Below are positions 1 to 9,504 of a stretch of 32,000 nucleotides of DNA, in pieces. Position numbers and translations under genes: made by a program. The notes beneath the pieces are model-generated. The model saw only the letters and a list, made by a program, of their open reading frames with translations, was not told the DNA's origin and did not search any database. The DNA comes from Patescibacteria group bacterium (GTDB taxonomy: Bacteria > Patescibacteriota > Patescibacteriia > 2-01-FULL-39-33). The stretch lies in the NCBI GenBank assembly GCA_041649575.1, contig JBAZMW010000003.1, forward strand, positions 60,001 to 92,000. Direction: 5' to 3'. Positions within the stretch are counted from its first letter, which is position 1; the number at the start of each line of letters is the position of its first letter.

Positions 1-1
1 T

Positions 2-754
2 TATGTTCTCGTTGATCCTGACCGAGCGCCGATTATTAAACAAATGTTTGAAAAAGTCGCCTACGAAAAATGGACTGGCAGAAAATTATACCATTGGCTG
101 AGATTTGATTTAAATTTCAGAACAGCGGCAGGCGGAAAGCATTTATCGTTGGGCAACATATACGTATTACTACAAAATCATTTTTACTACGGCGTATTTG
201 AGTACCCGAAAAAAAGTGGCAATTGGTACAATGGCAAACACACTCCAATTATCACCAAGGAGTTATATGACTTGGTTCAAGGACAAGTCAAAAGCCAAAT
301 TATGAGATCAGAGACTAAGGAGTTTGCGTTTACCAAACTTATAACCTGTGGTTTATGCGGATCAGGGATAACGGCCGATGAAAAATTTAAAAAGCAAAAA
401 GATGGCAGCGTCCACCGTCATGTTTATTATAAGTGCACAAAATCAAGAGATAAAGATTGTAAGTGCGGATTTATAAATGAGATTGAATTGTTAAAACAGT
501 TTGAAAAATTAATCAACAAAGTCAGCATAAATGAAATGGGCATGAAAGAAAAAATTAAATATGAAGTTGAAAGAATTAAAAAATTTCAACAATCCATACT
601 TGGCGTAAAGCAAGATATTAAAATAAAAGACGTAGACATCCGAGACTACGCCAAATTTATTTTAAAGGATGGATCTGTTGAAGAGAAACGAGAATTACTG
701 AGTTGTTTTAAAAGCAAAATTACTTTACAAAATAAACAAATTTCCCTTCGCTAA
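2..754 (+). CDS. C-terminal part of a large serine recombinase (recombinase domain, zinc ribbon and coiled coil); 5' end outside the window
   Basis: The frame is open upstream of the listed M44 (YVLVDPDRAPIIKQMFEK). Contains YYGVFEYPKKSGNWYNGKHTPIITKELYDLVQ and the zinc-ribbon-like CGLCGSGITADE...YYKCTKSRDKDCKCGF, followed by a helical tail. Confidence 0.88.
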   Translation, partial: YVLVDPDRAPIIKQMFEKVAYEKWTGRKLYHWLRFDLNFRTAAGGKHLSLGNIYVLLQNHFYYGVFEYPKKSGNWYNGKHTPIITKELYDLVQGQVKSQIMRSETKEFAFTKLITCGLCGSGITADEKFKKQKDGSVHRHVYYKCTKSRDKDCKCGFINEIELLKQFEKLINKVSINEMGMKEKIKYEVERIKKFQQSILGVKQDIKIKDVDIRDYAKFILKDGSVEEKRELLSCFKSKITLQNKQISLR

Positions 755-790
755 ATTAATTCATATTTAAAATATAATATTTCCCACAAA

Positions 791-1312
791 TTATCGAAAT
801 GTCCACCCACGTTCTTTTGATAATCCTAATAGATCCAAACATCCAACATTATAAGATGAGTCCTTACAAATATTAGGAATGGTCCATTTTGAGGGTTTAA
901 GACTGACCGTATAGCGTTCTTCGGTAATAATTTTTAATCCTTCATGTTTTGCCTGAGCGATTAGCCAAGGATCTGCATGCACTGAACCGATCTTTGCGTT
1001 AACAAAAGATGAAAATTTTGGTGACATGGTACGTAAAATTTTACCTTCCGCAATTAAATTATAATCCTGAAAAATACTTTTATTTTTTTGTGCCCAATCA
1101 TACAATTCTATACCTTTCTTACCGTCAGTTTTTATCTCTAATAGAACTTCAACATGAGAAATAATTATTCCCTGTTTAATTAAATCTAAAACATTTGCCC
1201 AAAGTCCCGGAGTAACTTCTTTTGATGACCATCCTGTGCCATTAAAAATATCCATCAATGAACTACTATCGATGGTGTATTCAGCAGGCTTTGAAAAAAG
1301 GTCATTAATCAT
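791..1312 (-). CDS. DUF4411-like PIN-fold protein, candidate toxin
   Basis: YTIDSSSLMDIF near the N-terminus and HADPWLIAQAKHEGLKIITEE; overlaps the 3' end of the XRE-ImmA/IrrE gene by 8 nt. Confidence 0.75.
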   Translation of the reverse strand: MINDLFSKPAEYTIDSSSLMDIFNGTGWSSKEVTPGLWANVLDLIKQGIIISHVEVLLEIKTDGKKGIELYDWAQKNKSIFQDYNLIAEGKILRTMSPKFSSFVNAKIGSVHADPWLIAQAKHEGLKIITEERYTVSLKPSKWTIPNICKDSSYNVGCLDLLGLSKERGWTFR

Positions 1313-2495
1313 AGGAATTTAAAACATCTCTAAATCCAGAAATATACCTTCTTTTTAAACCAAGATAATCAGAGACTGTTGAGTAAGAAATTTTATTGTG
1401 ACTATAGGCCTCAATCACTAAAGAGCTAAAAGATTTTCCATTTTTTTGAACAATTGTTTTTAATGAAAAACTGCCACCCGCTTTTCGTTTTGGCATTAAT
1501 GATTTATCCCAAGTTTCAACTTTATCTAAATATATTGATTTTTCAATCAACTTAAAAAATAACATTCTCCTCAATATAACCACTCTACTAACCTTAAAAT
1601 CTATGGCTAATTTTCTGACAATCGAATCAAGATCGTCCGAACTAATCTTATTAATATTTCGTAACAAATAATGATTTAAAAAATCATCCTCGGGAACTAA
1701 AAAATTTGCTGCGAATTTATTACAAAATATTTCGACTTTATTAACGTGACCGTCAACATCATCAAATATTTTAAAATTATTACATAATCCAGTCTCACGT
1801 AATAAAATATGTGCAAACTCATGAGCTAAAGAAAAATTTTTAGCACCCTCATAGTCTTTATTATTTATTAAAATCACATATGGCTTTAAATCAGCGAAAG
1901 AAAAAGCCCTATAGTCCTCCGTGGGGAAAGTATCGTGCAGAACCGCCTTTAAAGTGATCACTCCCGTTGCTTCAATCTTTGACCTAAGGTACTCAAAAAA
2001 ATCTTCATATTTTTTAAACTTAAATTGATCATTTGCGGAAATTGACAATTCGGATCTAATTTTATTGGCTAAGTGCTCGGGATTCTGATCAAGTGTGTAT
2101 TTCGGATATTTAAATATTGGTTTTTCTCCCAATTCTTCATAGAGGCTTACTGCTGTCTCCTGTATCTTCCTTGCTTTTCTTATAGCTAGTAAGCCTTTTG
2201 GAGAAATGTCAAAATTATCTTTCGAACCAATAGTTCTGAAATCCGGCAAACTAATCTTCTCTTCAGGTGAATGAGCAAGAAAAAAAACCGCCAATGGGCG
2301 TTTGTATATTTCAGCGAGTTTTTTAATATCTCTAAAAGTGGGCTGAGTCTCACCAGATTCCCACCTTTTTATTGTATCTACTGAGACTTCTTTCCAAGAT
2401 TTTCTAAGTTGGGTGGTCAAATTTTCTAAATTAGCACCAAAACTTATTTCTCTTGCCCACTTCAATATTTTTGGTTCAAATATTAAATTTTCCAT
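1305..2495 (-). CDS. XRE-family HTH protein with ImmA/IrrE-type metallopeptidase domain
   Basis: N-terminal HTH-like region (VSVDTIKRWESGETQPTFRDIKKLAEIYKRPLAVFF) and zinc protease motif FSLAHEFAHILLRE. Confidence 0.88.
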   Translation of the reverse strand: MENLIFEPKILKWAREISFGANLENLTTQLRKSWKEVSVDTIKRWESGETQPTFRDIKKLAEIYKRPLAVFFLAHSPEEKISLPDFRTIGSKDNFDISPKGLLAIRKARKIQETAVSLYEELGEKPIFKYPKYTLDQNPEHLANKIRSELSISANDQFKFKKYEDFFEYLRSKIEATGVITLKAVLHDTFPTEDYRAFSFADLKPYVILINNKDYEGAKNFSLAHEFAHILLRETGLCNNFKIFDDVDGHVNKVEIFCNKFAANFLVPEDDFLNHYLLRNINKISSDDLDSIVRKLAIDFKVSRVVILRRMLFFKLIEKSIYLDKVETWDKSLMPKRKAGGSFSLKTIVQKNGKSFSSLVIEAYSHNKISYSTVSDYLGLKRRYISGFRDVLNSYD

Positions 2496-2555
2496 ATAGA
2501 GTTACTCGAAATAATTTTTTCAGGTATTAATTATCATGTTTAATTTTTGAATAAA

Positions 2556-5500
2556 TTATTTTTCTAGATCCTTAACATAAAATTTACCACCTGAAATATC
2601 AAAAAATCTTTCAAAAAATCTGGTTAGTTTATCTAACACATTATCACGCTTCTGTGTTCTTTCGCCAGTTGGAGAAAATCGAGACACGGGTGGCAGTACT
2701 TTTGAAATTGCCGTTCCCGTTGTTGAGACGCCACCGTCCCTAAAAGCGTTCCTTACAAATGCGTACGTAGCGTCGTGATCAAGATTTTCAGTTTTAATAA
2801 TTTTTTCAAGCTCATCAATCTTTTTTTCTTCGACGAATCGTTGCCAATCTTCATCTACAATCGAGTGAACATCAAGCGACGTAATAAATTGATTAATTAG
2901 GTCTTTTTTATTACGCAGCTCAATACTAGAATCAATCGCCTTATTAATATCAATCAAAAGCTCACGATTTTTTATATGGTCTTCATGATATTTCTTAATA
3001 AGTCCTAACACATAATCGATATTTATTTCTACCTGTTTGATAAGCTCCATTTCAAAAACTACGTCGTCGTTAATGTTCTCTTTTTCTTCATCGGCAATCT
3101 TCCTAAACTCGTTATAAAGATCAATGTACATACTATGATAATCTTGCACGTCTCGCTCAGTCAAAATCTCATTACCCGCAAACTCGTCAAACGTGACAAG
3201 AATATTACGTACACGCAAAATCGCTCCATATAATTTAATGAATTCTTTTTGATTTTGTTCGCCTACAATTCTTTCTCCAACGGTAAACTTTTCCGTCAAT
3301 TCTTTTACCAGACTTTCGTATCCACGTATATCCTTATTTTCATATTTATAGCCATAGTAATAATCCTTATAGGCTTTAAGAAGGACTATTCCACTCGCCT
3401 CTTTATCACCAAAGAGTGAGATGGATTCATTTGTTGCTTTTTCTAGATTACGGAAACAAATAATATTTCCAAATGTTTTTACGCTATTTAGAATTCGGTT
3501 CGTTCTTGAATATGCTTGCAATAAACCATGCAAACGTAAATTTTTATCAACCCAAAGAGTATTAAGAGTAGTCGCATCAAATCCAGTTAAAAACATATTG
3601 ACTACAATAAGAATATCAATTTCTCGATTTTTAACTCGCTCACTTACATCTTTATAGTAATTTTGGAACTTGTCAGAAGATGTATCATAAGAGGTTCCAA
3701 ACATTGCGTTATAATCTATAATTGCACTATCTAAAAAATCTCTTGAGCTAGCGTCAAGCTCGCTTGTATCCTCAGAGTTTTCATCAATCATTCCATCTGC
3801 ATCTTCATCGTTCACTCCAAAACTATAGATAGTGGCTATCTTGAGACGCTTATCACTGGGTACCTCGGCTAACTGTTTTTTAAATTCAGCATAATATTTC
3901 TTTGCCACATCAATAGAGGAAACGGCAAAGATTGAGTTAAATCCTGCTAGCCTCCGGTCTTTAAGTTTATAGAAACTATTACGTTTTGTTTTTTGATCAA
4001 AATGATCACAAATATATCGAACAATATTCCCTATACGTTCCGGTGCGGCAAGAACTGCCTCACGATCGATATCGCTCACTTTTTTATCTTCAATATTTTC
4101 GGCTTCACGGACAGTAGATACATAGTCCACTTTGAAAGGCAAAACATTCCTATCTGCGATTGCGTCAACAATCGTGTAAGTATGTAATTTATCACCAAAA
4201 GCCTGTTCGGTTGTTTTCAAATCAGGGCGACCACCAGAAGAAGCATTTACGGCAAAAATTGGAGTGCCAGTGAACCCAAAAATGTGGTAATTATTAAATG
4301 CTTTTATAATCGCCGCATGCATGTCGCCAAATTGGGAACGGTGACATTCATCAAAAATCAATACAACGTGGCCGTCAAAAATAGTATGTTCTCCATTACG
4401 ACTAATAAATCGATCCAATTTTTGAATAGTAGTAATAATGATACGTGTATTTGGGTTTTCAAGTTGTTTTTTAAGAACAGAGGTACTCGTGTTACTGTTT
4501 GCGGCACCTTTCTCAAACTTGTCATATTCACGCATAGTCTGATAATCCAAATCTTTACGATCAACAACGAACAAAACTTTGTCTATATAAGATACTTTGC
4601 TTATGAGCTGCGCCGTTTTAAAACTCGTCAGGGTTTTCCCCGATCCTGTTGTGTGCCAAATATATCCACCCGCTTCAACCGTGCCAAGCTTTTTATAGTT
4701 TGTACTTACTTCGATTCGACTCAAAATTCTTTCCGTAGCTACTATTTGATATGGCCGCATCACAAGGAGTAAGCGGTCGGTCGTAAATACACAATACTTA
4801 GTCAGAATATTCAAAAGCGTATGCTTTGCGAAAAAGGTCTTCGCAAAATCCATAAGATCAGTAATGGGACGATTTGTTGCATCTGCCCACCAGCTGGTAA
4901 ATTCAAAACTGTTGCTTGTTCTTTTACCTTTTTTTAATCCGCCCTCGTTTGCTTCTTTAATATGTTCAGAGCGAGTTGTATTGCTGTAGTATTTAGTATG
5001 TGTTCCATTTGAAATAACAAACAGCTGTACATATTCAAAAAGACCAGAAGAAGCCCAAAAACTTTCTTTCTGGTAACGATTAATCTGATTAAAAGCCTCT
5101 TGAATCGCGACACCGCGACGTTTAAGTTCTATGTGAACAATTGGCAAACCATTTACAAGCACCGTTACGTCGTACCGGTTAGCACGCTTACCATTCTCAG
5201 TCGCATATTGATTTATAACTTGAAGATAATTGTCATGAATATTATCTTTTTTTATAAGATAAATATTCTTTGTTGACCCATCGTCACGAGTCAAATTCTT
5301 TACATGATCTTCTTGAACTGTAGCCGTCTTTTCTTCAATACTTTGATTTGGATTAGCAAGTTCACTCGCAAAAAAATGTTCCCATTCATTGTCAGTAAAA
5401 ATAAATCCATTAAGTTTTTCTAATTGTTTGCGTAAGTTGAGAATGAGATCATTTTCTGAAGTAATCGCAATGTATTCATAAGCCTGAGTTTCTAATTGTT

Positions 5501-5630
5501 TAATAAAGGCCTTTTCAAGTTCTGCCTCGCTTTGATAGTGCGCGACTCTTTTAGCATCAGGAATATACTCCGCGACAACCGTGCTTTGGGTACTCTCCGC
5601 AACTAAGTTGTATTTTTTCTTAACTAACAT
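2556..5630 (-). CDS. hsdR: Type I restriction-modification system, restriction/translocase subunit
   Basis: Walker A IWHTTGSGKTLTSFKTA, DECHRSQFG and FGFTGTPIF motifs, plus N-terminal nuclease-like VLVNGLPIVHIELKR. Confidence 0.95.
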   Translation of the reverse strand: MLVKKKYNLVAESTQSTVVAEYIPDAKRVAHYQSEAELEKAFIKQLETQAYEYIAITSENDLILNLRKQLEKLNGFIFTDNEWEHFFASELANPNQSIEEKTATVQEDHVKNLTRDDGSTKNIYLIKKDNIHDNYLQVINQYATENGKRANRYDVTVLVNGLPIVHIELKRRGVAIQEAFNQINRYQKESFWASSGLFEYVQLFVISNGTHTKYYSNTTRSEHIKEANEGGLKKGKRTSNSFEFTSWWADATNRPITDLMDFAKTFFAKHTLLNILTKYCVFTTDRLLLVMRPYQIVATERILSRIEVSTNYKKLGTVEAGGYIWHTTGSGKTLTSFKTAQLISKVSYIDKVLFVVDRKDLDYQTMREYDKFEKGAANSNTSTSVLKKQLENPNTRIIITTIQKLDRFISRNGEHTIFDGHVVLIFDECHRSQFGDMHAAIIKAFNNYHIFGFTGTPIFAVNASSGGRPDLKTTEQAFGDKLHTYTIVDAIADRNVLPFKVDYVSTVREAENIEDKKVSDIDREAVLAAPERIGNIVRYICDHFDQKTKRNSFYKLKDRRLAGFNSIFAVSSIDVAKKYYAEFKKQLAEVPSDKRLKIATIYSFGVNDEDADGMIDENSEDTSELDASSRDFLDSAIIDYNAMFGTSYDTSSDKFQNYYKDVSERVKNREIDILIVVNMFLTGFDATTLNTLWVDKNLRLHGLLQAYSRTNRILNSVKTFGNIICFRNLEKATNESISLFGDKEASGIVLLKAYKDYYYGYKYENKDIRGYESLVKELTEKFTVGERIVGEQNQKEFIKLYGAILRVRNILVTFDEFAGNEILTERDVQDYHSMYIDLYNEFRKIADEEKENINDDVVFEMELIKQVEINIDYVLGLIKKYHEDHIKNRELLIDINKAIDSSIELRNKKDLINQFITSLDVHSIVDEDWQRFVEEKKIDELEKIIKTENLDHDATYAFVRNAFRDGGVSTTGTAISKVLPPVSRFSPTGERTQKRDNVLDKLTRFFERFFDISGGKFYVKDLEK

Positions 5631-6882
5631 ATTGATTAAAAGTTAAAAGTTTATTTCGGTAGTATTCATATTGACACCTGCGTGCAGAAAGCTCTGCAGG
5701 CAAACCGATTGATATATCGTTCAAAAGTGCGTCAAACTTATCTAAAATTTCCACGATGCGATTTTGTTCCTCAATCGGCGGGGTTGGGATTTTGAATTTT
5801 GTGAATTCCTCTTTTGTAATTGTTTTTATCGTGCTTCCACGAGCCGTTTCTTTTTCAACAGAAAATTTTCTTTCAAGCTGATATGCGAAATACTTCTTAT
5901 TGATATTTACCTTAAACCTCTCAAAAATTGCAAGGGTGCGATCAACATAACTGTCATATTGAGTGATAGCGACTCGACCGATACTTCCCTGCAAAGTTAC
6001 TATAACTGTTCCAGCAGGCACAAAAACACTTTTGGGTTGAGCTAATCTTGAAATTTTTTGTTTTGTATTTTCAACAAGTTGCATATTTTTACCAACATCT
6101 GCGACTTGAACAAATGGCATTGCGCCTTCTCCGCCATACCATCTACTTTCACCATAAGGCTGTGGAAAAGAACCGCGACGATAATCTGCTATTTCACCCA
6201 ACGTTTTCCATTGCACCTCATTGCCTTCAAATCCTAAAAGCTGATTACGATAATACCCATATTGCATCTCTCTCGCCTCCAGCTCCGCCTCCAGCTCCGC
6301 CTCCAGCTCCGTAAATCTATTAAGAATTTTAGCAATTTCTTTTTGTATTTCAAGTGGCGGAAGAGGAATTTTAAACTTTTTAAATCCACTCATATCTACA
6401 GAAGAAAAACTTGACGTTGTTGTATTATTTCGACACCACTCATCCAATAAGTAACAGTAATAGTAGACAAATCGCATGTCGAATTTATCTGCATATTCTG
6501 GCTTTAGGACAAGCGAATTAAACCTCTGATTTGCAAGATGTGGAACTGTAATTAGTGCGTGTTCACCAATAGTAGCAGACGTCGTGATAATAATAGAATT
6601 TGCGGGAAATAGTCTACCGCCTTTCACAGCAATTTCAGGAATGTGCTGAACTGAATCATCTAGTATGTGCCCATTCTCTCTAATATCTTCCATGCGGAAC
6701 CAAGGAATGTTGCCACCCGCCCAATATTCTGGTTTTGCCTTTGATGGTGTGTAGCCGTTTTTAATATCAAAAATTTCTACTAAGTCCCTAAACTCCACTC
6801 CGTTCGGGCATAACTTGGCAATTAGCTGTTCAATTTTATTTATAGGTTTAGTCATGCTATTTTTTTCTTTCAATATCGGCAA
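5620..6882 (-). CDS. hsdS: Type I restriction-modification system, specificity subunit
   Basis: Two target-recognition-domain halves with conserved LPPLEIQKEIAKIL and IPTPPIEEQNRIVEIL helices; overlaps hsdR by 11 nt and hsdM by 26 nt. Confidence 0.95.
   Translation of the reverse strand: MPILKEKNSMTKPINKIEQLIAKLCPNGVEFRDLVEIFDIKNGYTPSKAKPEYWAGGNIPWFRMEDIRENGHILDDSVQHIPEIAVKGGRLFPANSIIITTSATIGEHALITVPHLANQRFNSLVLKPEYADKFDMRFVYYYCYLLDEWCRNNTTTSSFSSVDMSGFKKFKIPLPPLEIQKEIAKILNRFTELEAELEAELEAREMQYGYYRNQLLGFEGNEVQWKTLGEIADYRRGSFPQPYGESRWYGGEGAMPFVQVADVGKNMQLVENTKQKISRLAQPKSVFVPAGTVIVTLQGSIGRVAITQYDSYVDRTLAIFERFKVNINKKYFAYQLERKFSVEKETARGSTIKTITKEEFTKFKIPTPPIEEQNRIVEILDKFDALLNDISIGLPAELSARRCQYEYYRNKLLTFNQYVS
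6275..6310. repeat. Three perfect tandem copies of a 12-bp unit (plus strand GCCTCCAGCTCC) in hsdS, encoding (LEAE)n
   Basis: Read directly at 6275-6286, 6287-6298 and 6299-6310; translates as ELEAELEAELEAREMQ in the central spacer helix. Confidence 0.95.
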
Positions 6883-8446
6883 CTATTTCATCAATAGAGG
6901 CACGGAGCTCATTCTGTCTTGCGACTATTTTGGTAATCTTTTTATTAAGTTCCACAATGTCCACTACTTCGCGAGTATCTTCTCCTACAACATAGCCTGA
7001 TACAGCAATATTATAATCATTCTCTGCAATGACTTTATTATCAATGAGTTTTGCAAAATACTTCGTATCTCTACGAGCGCTGAATGCTTCTAAAATCTTT
7101 AAACGATTTGTCTCGCTTAATTTATTTTTATTGCCACCATGAACAAACTCGGCAGAGGCATCTATAAAAAGTGTTTTATTATCTTTCTTGCTCTTTTTAA
7201 GCACGATGATGCAAGTGGCAATAGATGTACCGAAAAAAAGATTGGGCGGTAATTGTATAACAGCATCAACATAATTATTATCTACAAGATATTTTCTAAT
7301 CTTCTGTTCTGCACCACTACGATAAAGAACACCAGGAAATTCAACAATCGCCGCAGTTCCATTCGTCGATAACCATGAAAGCATGTGCATAGTGAAGGCA
7401 AGATCAGCATAACTCTTTGGCGCCAATACTCCTGCCGGAGAAAAGCGCGGATCATTTATTAGGATAGGGTTTGCGTCGCCATCCCAGTGAATTGAATACG
7501 GTGGATTAGAAACAATAGCATCAAATGGCTCATCATCCCAATGCTTCGGGTCGACGAGAGTATCACCGTGTGCAATATCAAAATGATTATAATTAATATC
7601 ATGCAGGAACATGTTAATGCGACAAAGGTTGTAGATAGTAAGGTTGATTTCTTGCCCAAAAAACCCTTGCCTAACATTTTCTTTCCCTAAAACCTTAACA
7701 AATTTAAGAAGCAAAGATCCAGAACCGCAAGCAGGATCGTAAACCTTATTAACTTCCTTTTTGCCAACGGTTGTAATTTCAGCGAGAAGCTCACTGACTT
7801 CCTGTGGTGTAAAAAATTCACCACCTGATTTTCCTGCATTTGCGGCATACATAGTCATCAAAAATTCATATGCGTCACCGAAGGCATCTATAGTGTTATC
7901 GGAGTAATTTCCGAGCTTAAGATCACCGATTGATTCAAAAAGTTTTGTGAGTTTATGGTTTCTTTTTTCTACCGTGTTTCCAAGTTTATTGGAGTTTACA
8001 TCAAGATCATCAAACAAACCCTTAATGTCATCCTCACTGTTTGCGCCTTTCGCAGAATTTTCAATATTACGAAAAACGGCAGTAAGAGTTTCATTAAGGT
8101 TAGCGTCATTTCGAGCATTTTTTCTAACATTTATAAAAAGCTCACTTGGTAAGATGTAAAAACCTTTTTCTTTGACTGTATCAGCTCGACCGAATTCGGC
8201 TTCTTTATTGGAAAGTGTAGCGTAGTCAAAATCCTTATTACCAGCACGGCGTTCATCAGCATTGATATAGTTGGTAAGGTTTTCGCTAATAAAGCGATAA
8301 AAAAGTATCCCAAGCACATACTGCTTGAAATCCCAGCCATCAACACTTCCACGTAAGTCATTTGCAATCTGCCAAATAGCACGGTGCAATTCTGAACGCT
8401 CCTGTTCTTTAGTTGTGTTCAAATTTTTATCTTTGATGTTAGCCAT
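6857..8446 (-). CDS. hsdM: Type I restriction-modification system, DNA methyltransferase subunit
   Basis: GGEFFTPQEVSELLAE, VYDPACGSGSLLLKF and the NPPY catalytic motif (DAIVSNPPYSI). Confidence 0.96.
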   Translation of the reverse strand: MANIKDKNLNTTKEQERSELHRAIWQIANDLRGSVDGWDFKQYVLGILFYRFISENLTNYINADERRAGNKDFDYATLSNKEAEFGRADTVKEKGFYILPSELFINVRKNARNDANLNETLTAVFRNIENSAKGANSEDDIKGLFDDLDVNSNKLGNTVEKRNHKLTKLFESIGDLKLGNYSDNTIDAFGDAYEFLMTMYAANAGKSGGEFFTPQEVSELLAEITTVGKKEVNKVYDPACGSGSLLLKFVKVLGKENVRQGFFGQEINLTIYNLCRINMFLHDINYNHFDIAHGDTLVDPKHWDDEPFDAIVSNPPYSIHWDGDANPILINDPRFSPAGVLAPKSYADLAFTMHMLSWLSTNGTAAIVEFPGVLYRSGAEQKIRKYLVDNNYVDAVIQLPPNLFFGTSIATCIIVLKKSKKDNKTLFIDASAEFVHGGNKNKLSETNRLKILEAFSARRDTKYFAKLIDNKVIAENDYNIAVSGYVVGEDTREVVDIVELNKKITKIVARQNELRASIDEIVADIERKK

Positions 8447-8450
8447 AAGA

Positions 8451-8657
8451 TTATTTTAATAATTCGTCAACTGATACGTCTAAGGCTTCAGCAATTCGTT
8501 CCATGGTCGCTAAGGTTGGATTCTTCTTACCGCTTTCAACATTACTAAGATAGGCACGATCAAGTCCCAACTTTCTGCATAAGTCGCCTTGTGTCATACC
8601 CTTTTCCTCTCTGATTCTACGGACATTAATGCCTAATTTTCTTGATGAATTTGTCAT
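8451..8657 (-). CDS. Small XRE-family HTH regulator, candidate controller of the R-M operon
   Basis: LGINVRRIREEKGMTQGDLCRKLGLDRAYLSNVESGKKNPTLATMERIAEALDVSVDELL; immediately upstream of hsdM on the same strand. Confidence 0.88.
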   Translation of the reverse strand: MTNSSRKLGINVRRIREEKGMTQGDLCRKLGLDRAYLSNVESGKKNPTLATMERIAEALDVSVDELLK

Positions 8658-8815
8658 AATACTGCCTTACTATTATATCACATTAATTGTATTTTAGTAC
8701 AATAGCCTAAAAAACACAAAACCGCCCCTTTGGACGGTTTCATGGATCGAAGCATTGTCGTATTTGAAGCACGCTTCGATAGCTTCGAAAGTAACGAAGT
8801 CGTGCTAGCACGATT

Positions 8816-8889
8816 TGGCAGGGGATGTAGGAATCGAACCCACGCATGCGGTTTTGGAGACCGCCGTACTACCACTATACGAATCCCCC
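8816..8889 (-). tRNA. tRNA-Trp (CCA), 3' CCA encoded
   Basis: Minus strand GGGGGAT...GCGGT-CTCCAAA-ACCGC...GTGGG-TTCGATT-CCTAC-ATCCCCT-G-CCA folds as a cloverleaf with anticodon CCA and discriminator G. Confidence 0.92.
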
Positions 8890-9125
8890 AAATTAACAGT
8901 TAACTATCAATACTTAATAATTAACTGTTAAAAGATTATTTAGTTTCCTTGTGTGGAGTGTGTTTCTGACAATGCCGGCAGTATTTTTTCATCTCCAATC
9001 GATTTTTGAGCAGCTTTTTGTTTTTTCTAGAAAAATAATTGACGCGTTTGCAGACAGTGCACTCCATTTTAATCATGTTGTCTTGGGACATAAAAATATC
9101 TTATTATTTTTTAACTAATTTATTT

Positions 9126-9197
9126 AGCCGGCTCTCGGATTCGAACCGAGGACCTACGGTTTACAAAACCGTTGCTCTACCACTGAGCCAAGCCGGC
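9126..9197 (-). tRNA. tRNA-Thr (TGT)
   Basis: GCCGGCT...ACGGT-TTTGTAA-ACCGT...CTCGG-TTCGAAT-CCGAG-AGCCGGC folds as a cloverleaf; 3' CCA not encoded. Confidence 0.93.
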
Positions 9198-9387
9198 GCG
9201 TCAGGCGGGCGGGCGAAATCGTTGCTCTGTCAGTTGAACTACGTTGGCTCTAGACCAACCCTGGCTGACCCGTTAATTTAACTGGTTTATAAATCAAAAT
9301 GCGATTTTATTCTAACATAAAAAACTCGATTTTACAATAATCTTAGCTATTTACAATTTTTATCTAAAATAAGAATGTTTTTAAACC

Positions 9388-9416
9388 TTGACAAAATAAA
9401 AATTAAATTATATAAT
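9388..9416 (+). promoter_or_regulatory. Consensus sigma70-type promoter TTGACA-N17-TATAAT
   Basis: TTGACA at 9388-9393, TATAAT at 9411-9416, 17-bp spacer. Confidence 0.8.
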
Positions 9417-9504
9417 AATATATGCTCTTTATAATTTGGATTTTGATAGTCTAATCCGAGGACAATAATTCAGGCTTCAAAAAGCCTGGGGGAGGATAAG
9501 TTAG

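Noticed and set aside
3421-4772. Several plus-strand ORFs within hsdR
   Set aside because: All lie antisense to continuous, motif-supported hsdR sequence.
6048-6314. Plus-strand ORF with PPAPPPAPPPAP tail
   Set aside because: Antisense artefact of the 12-bp hsdS repeats.
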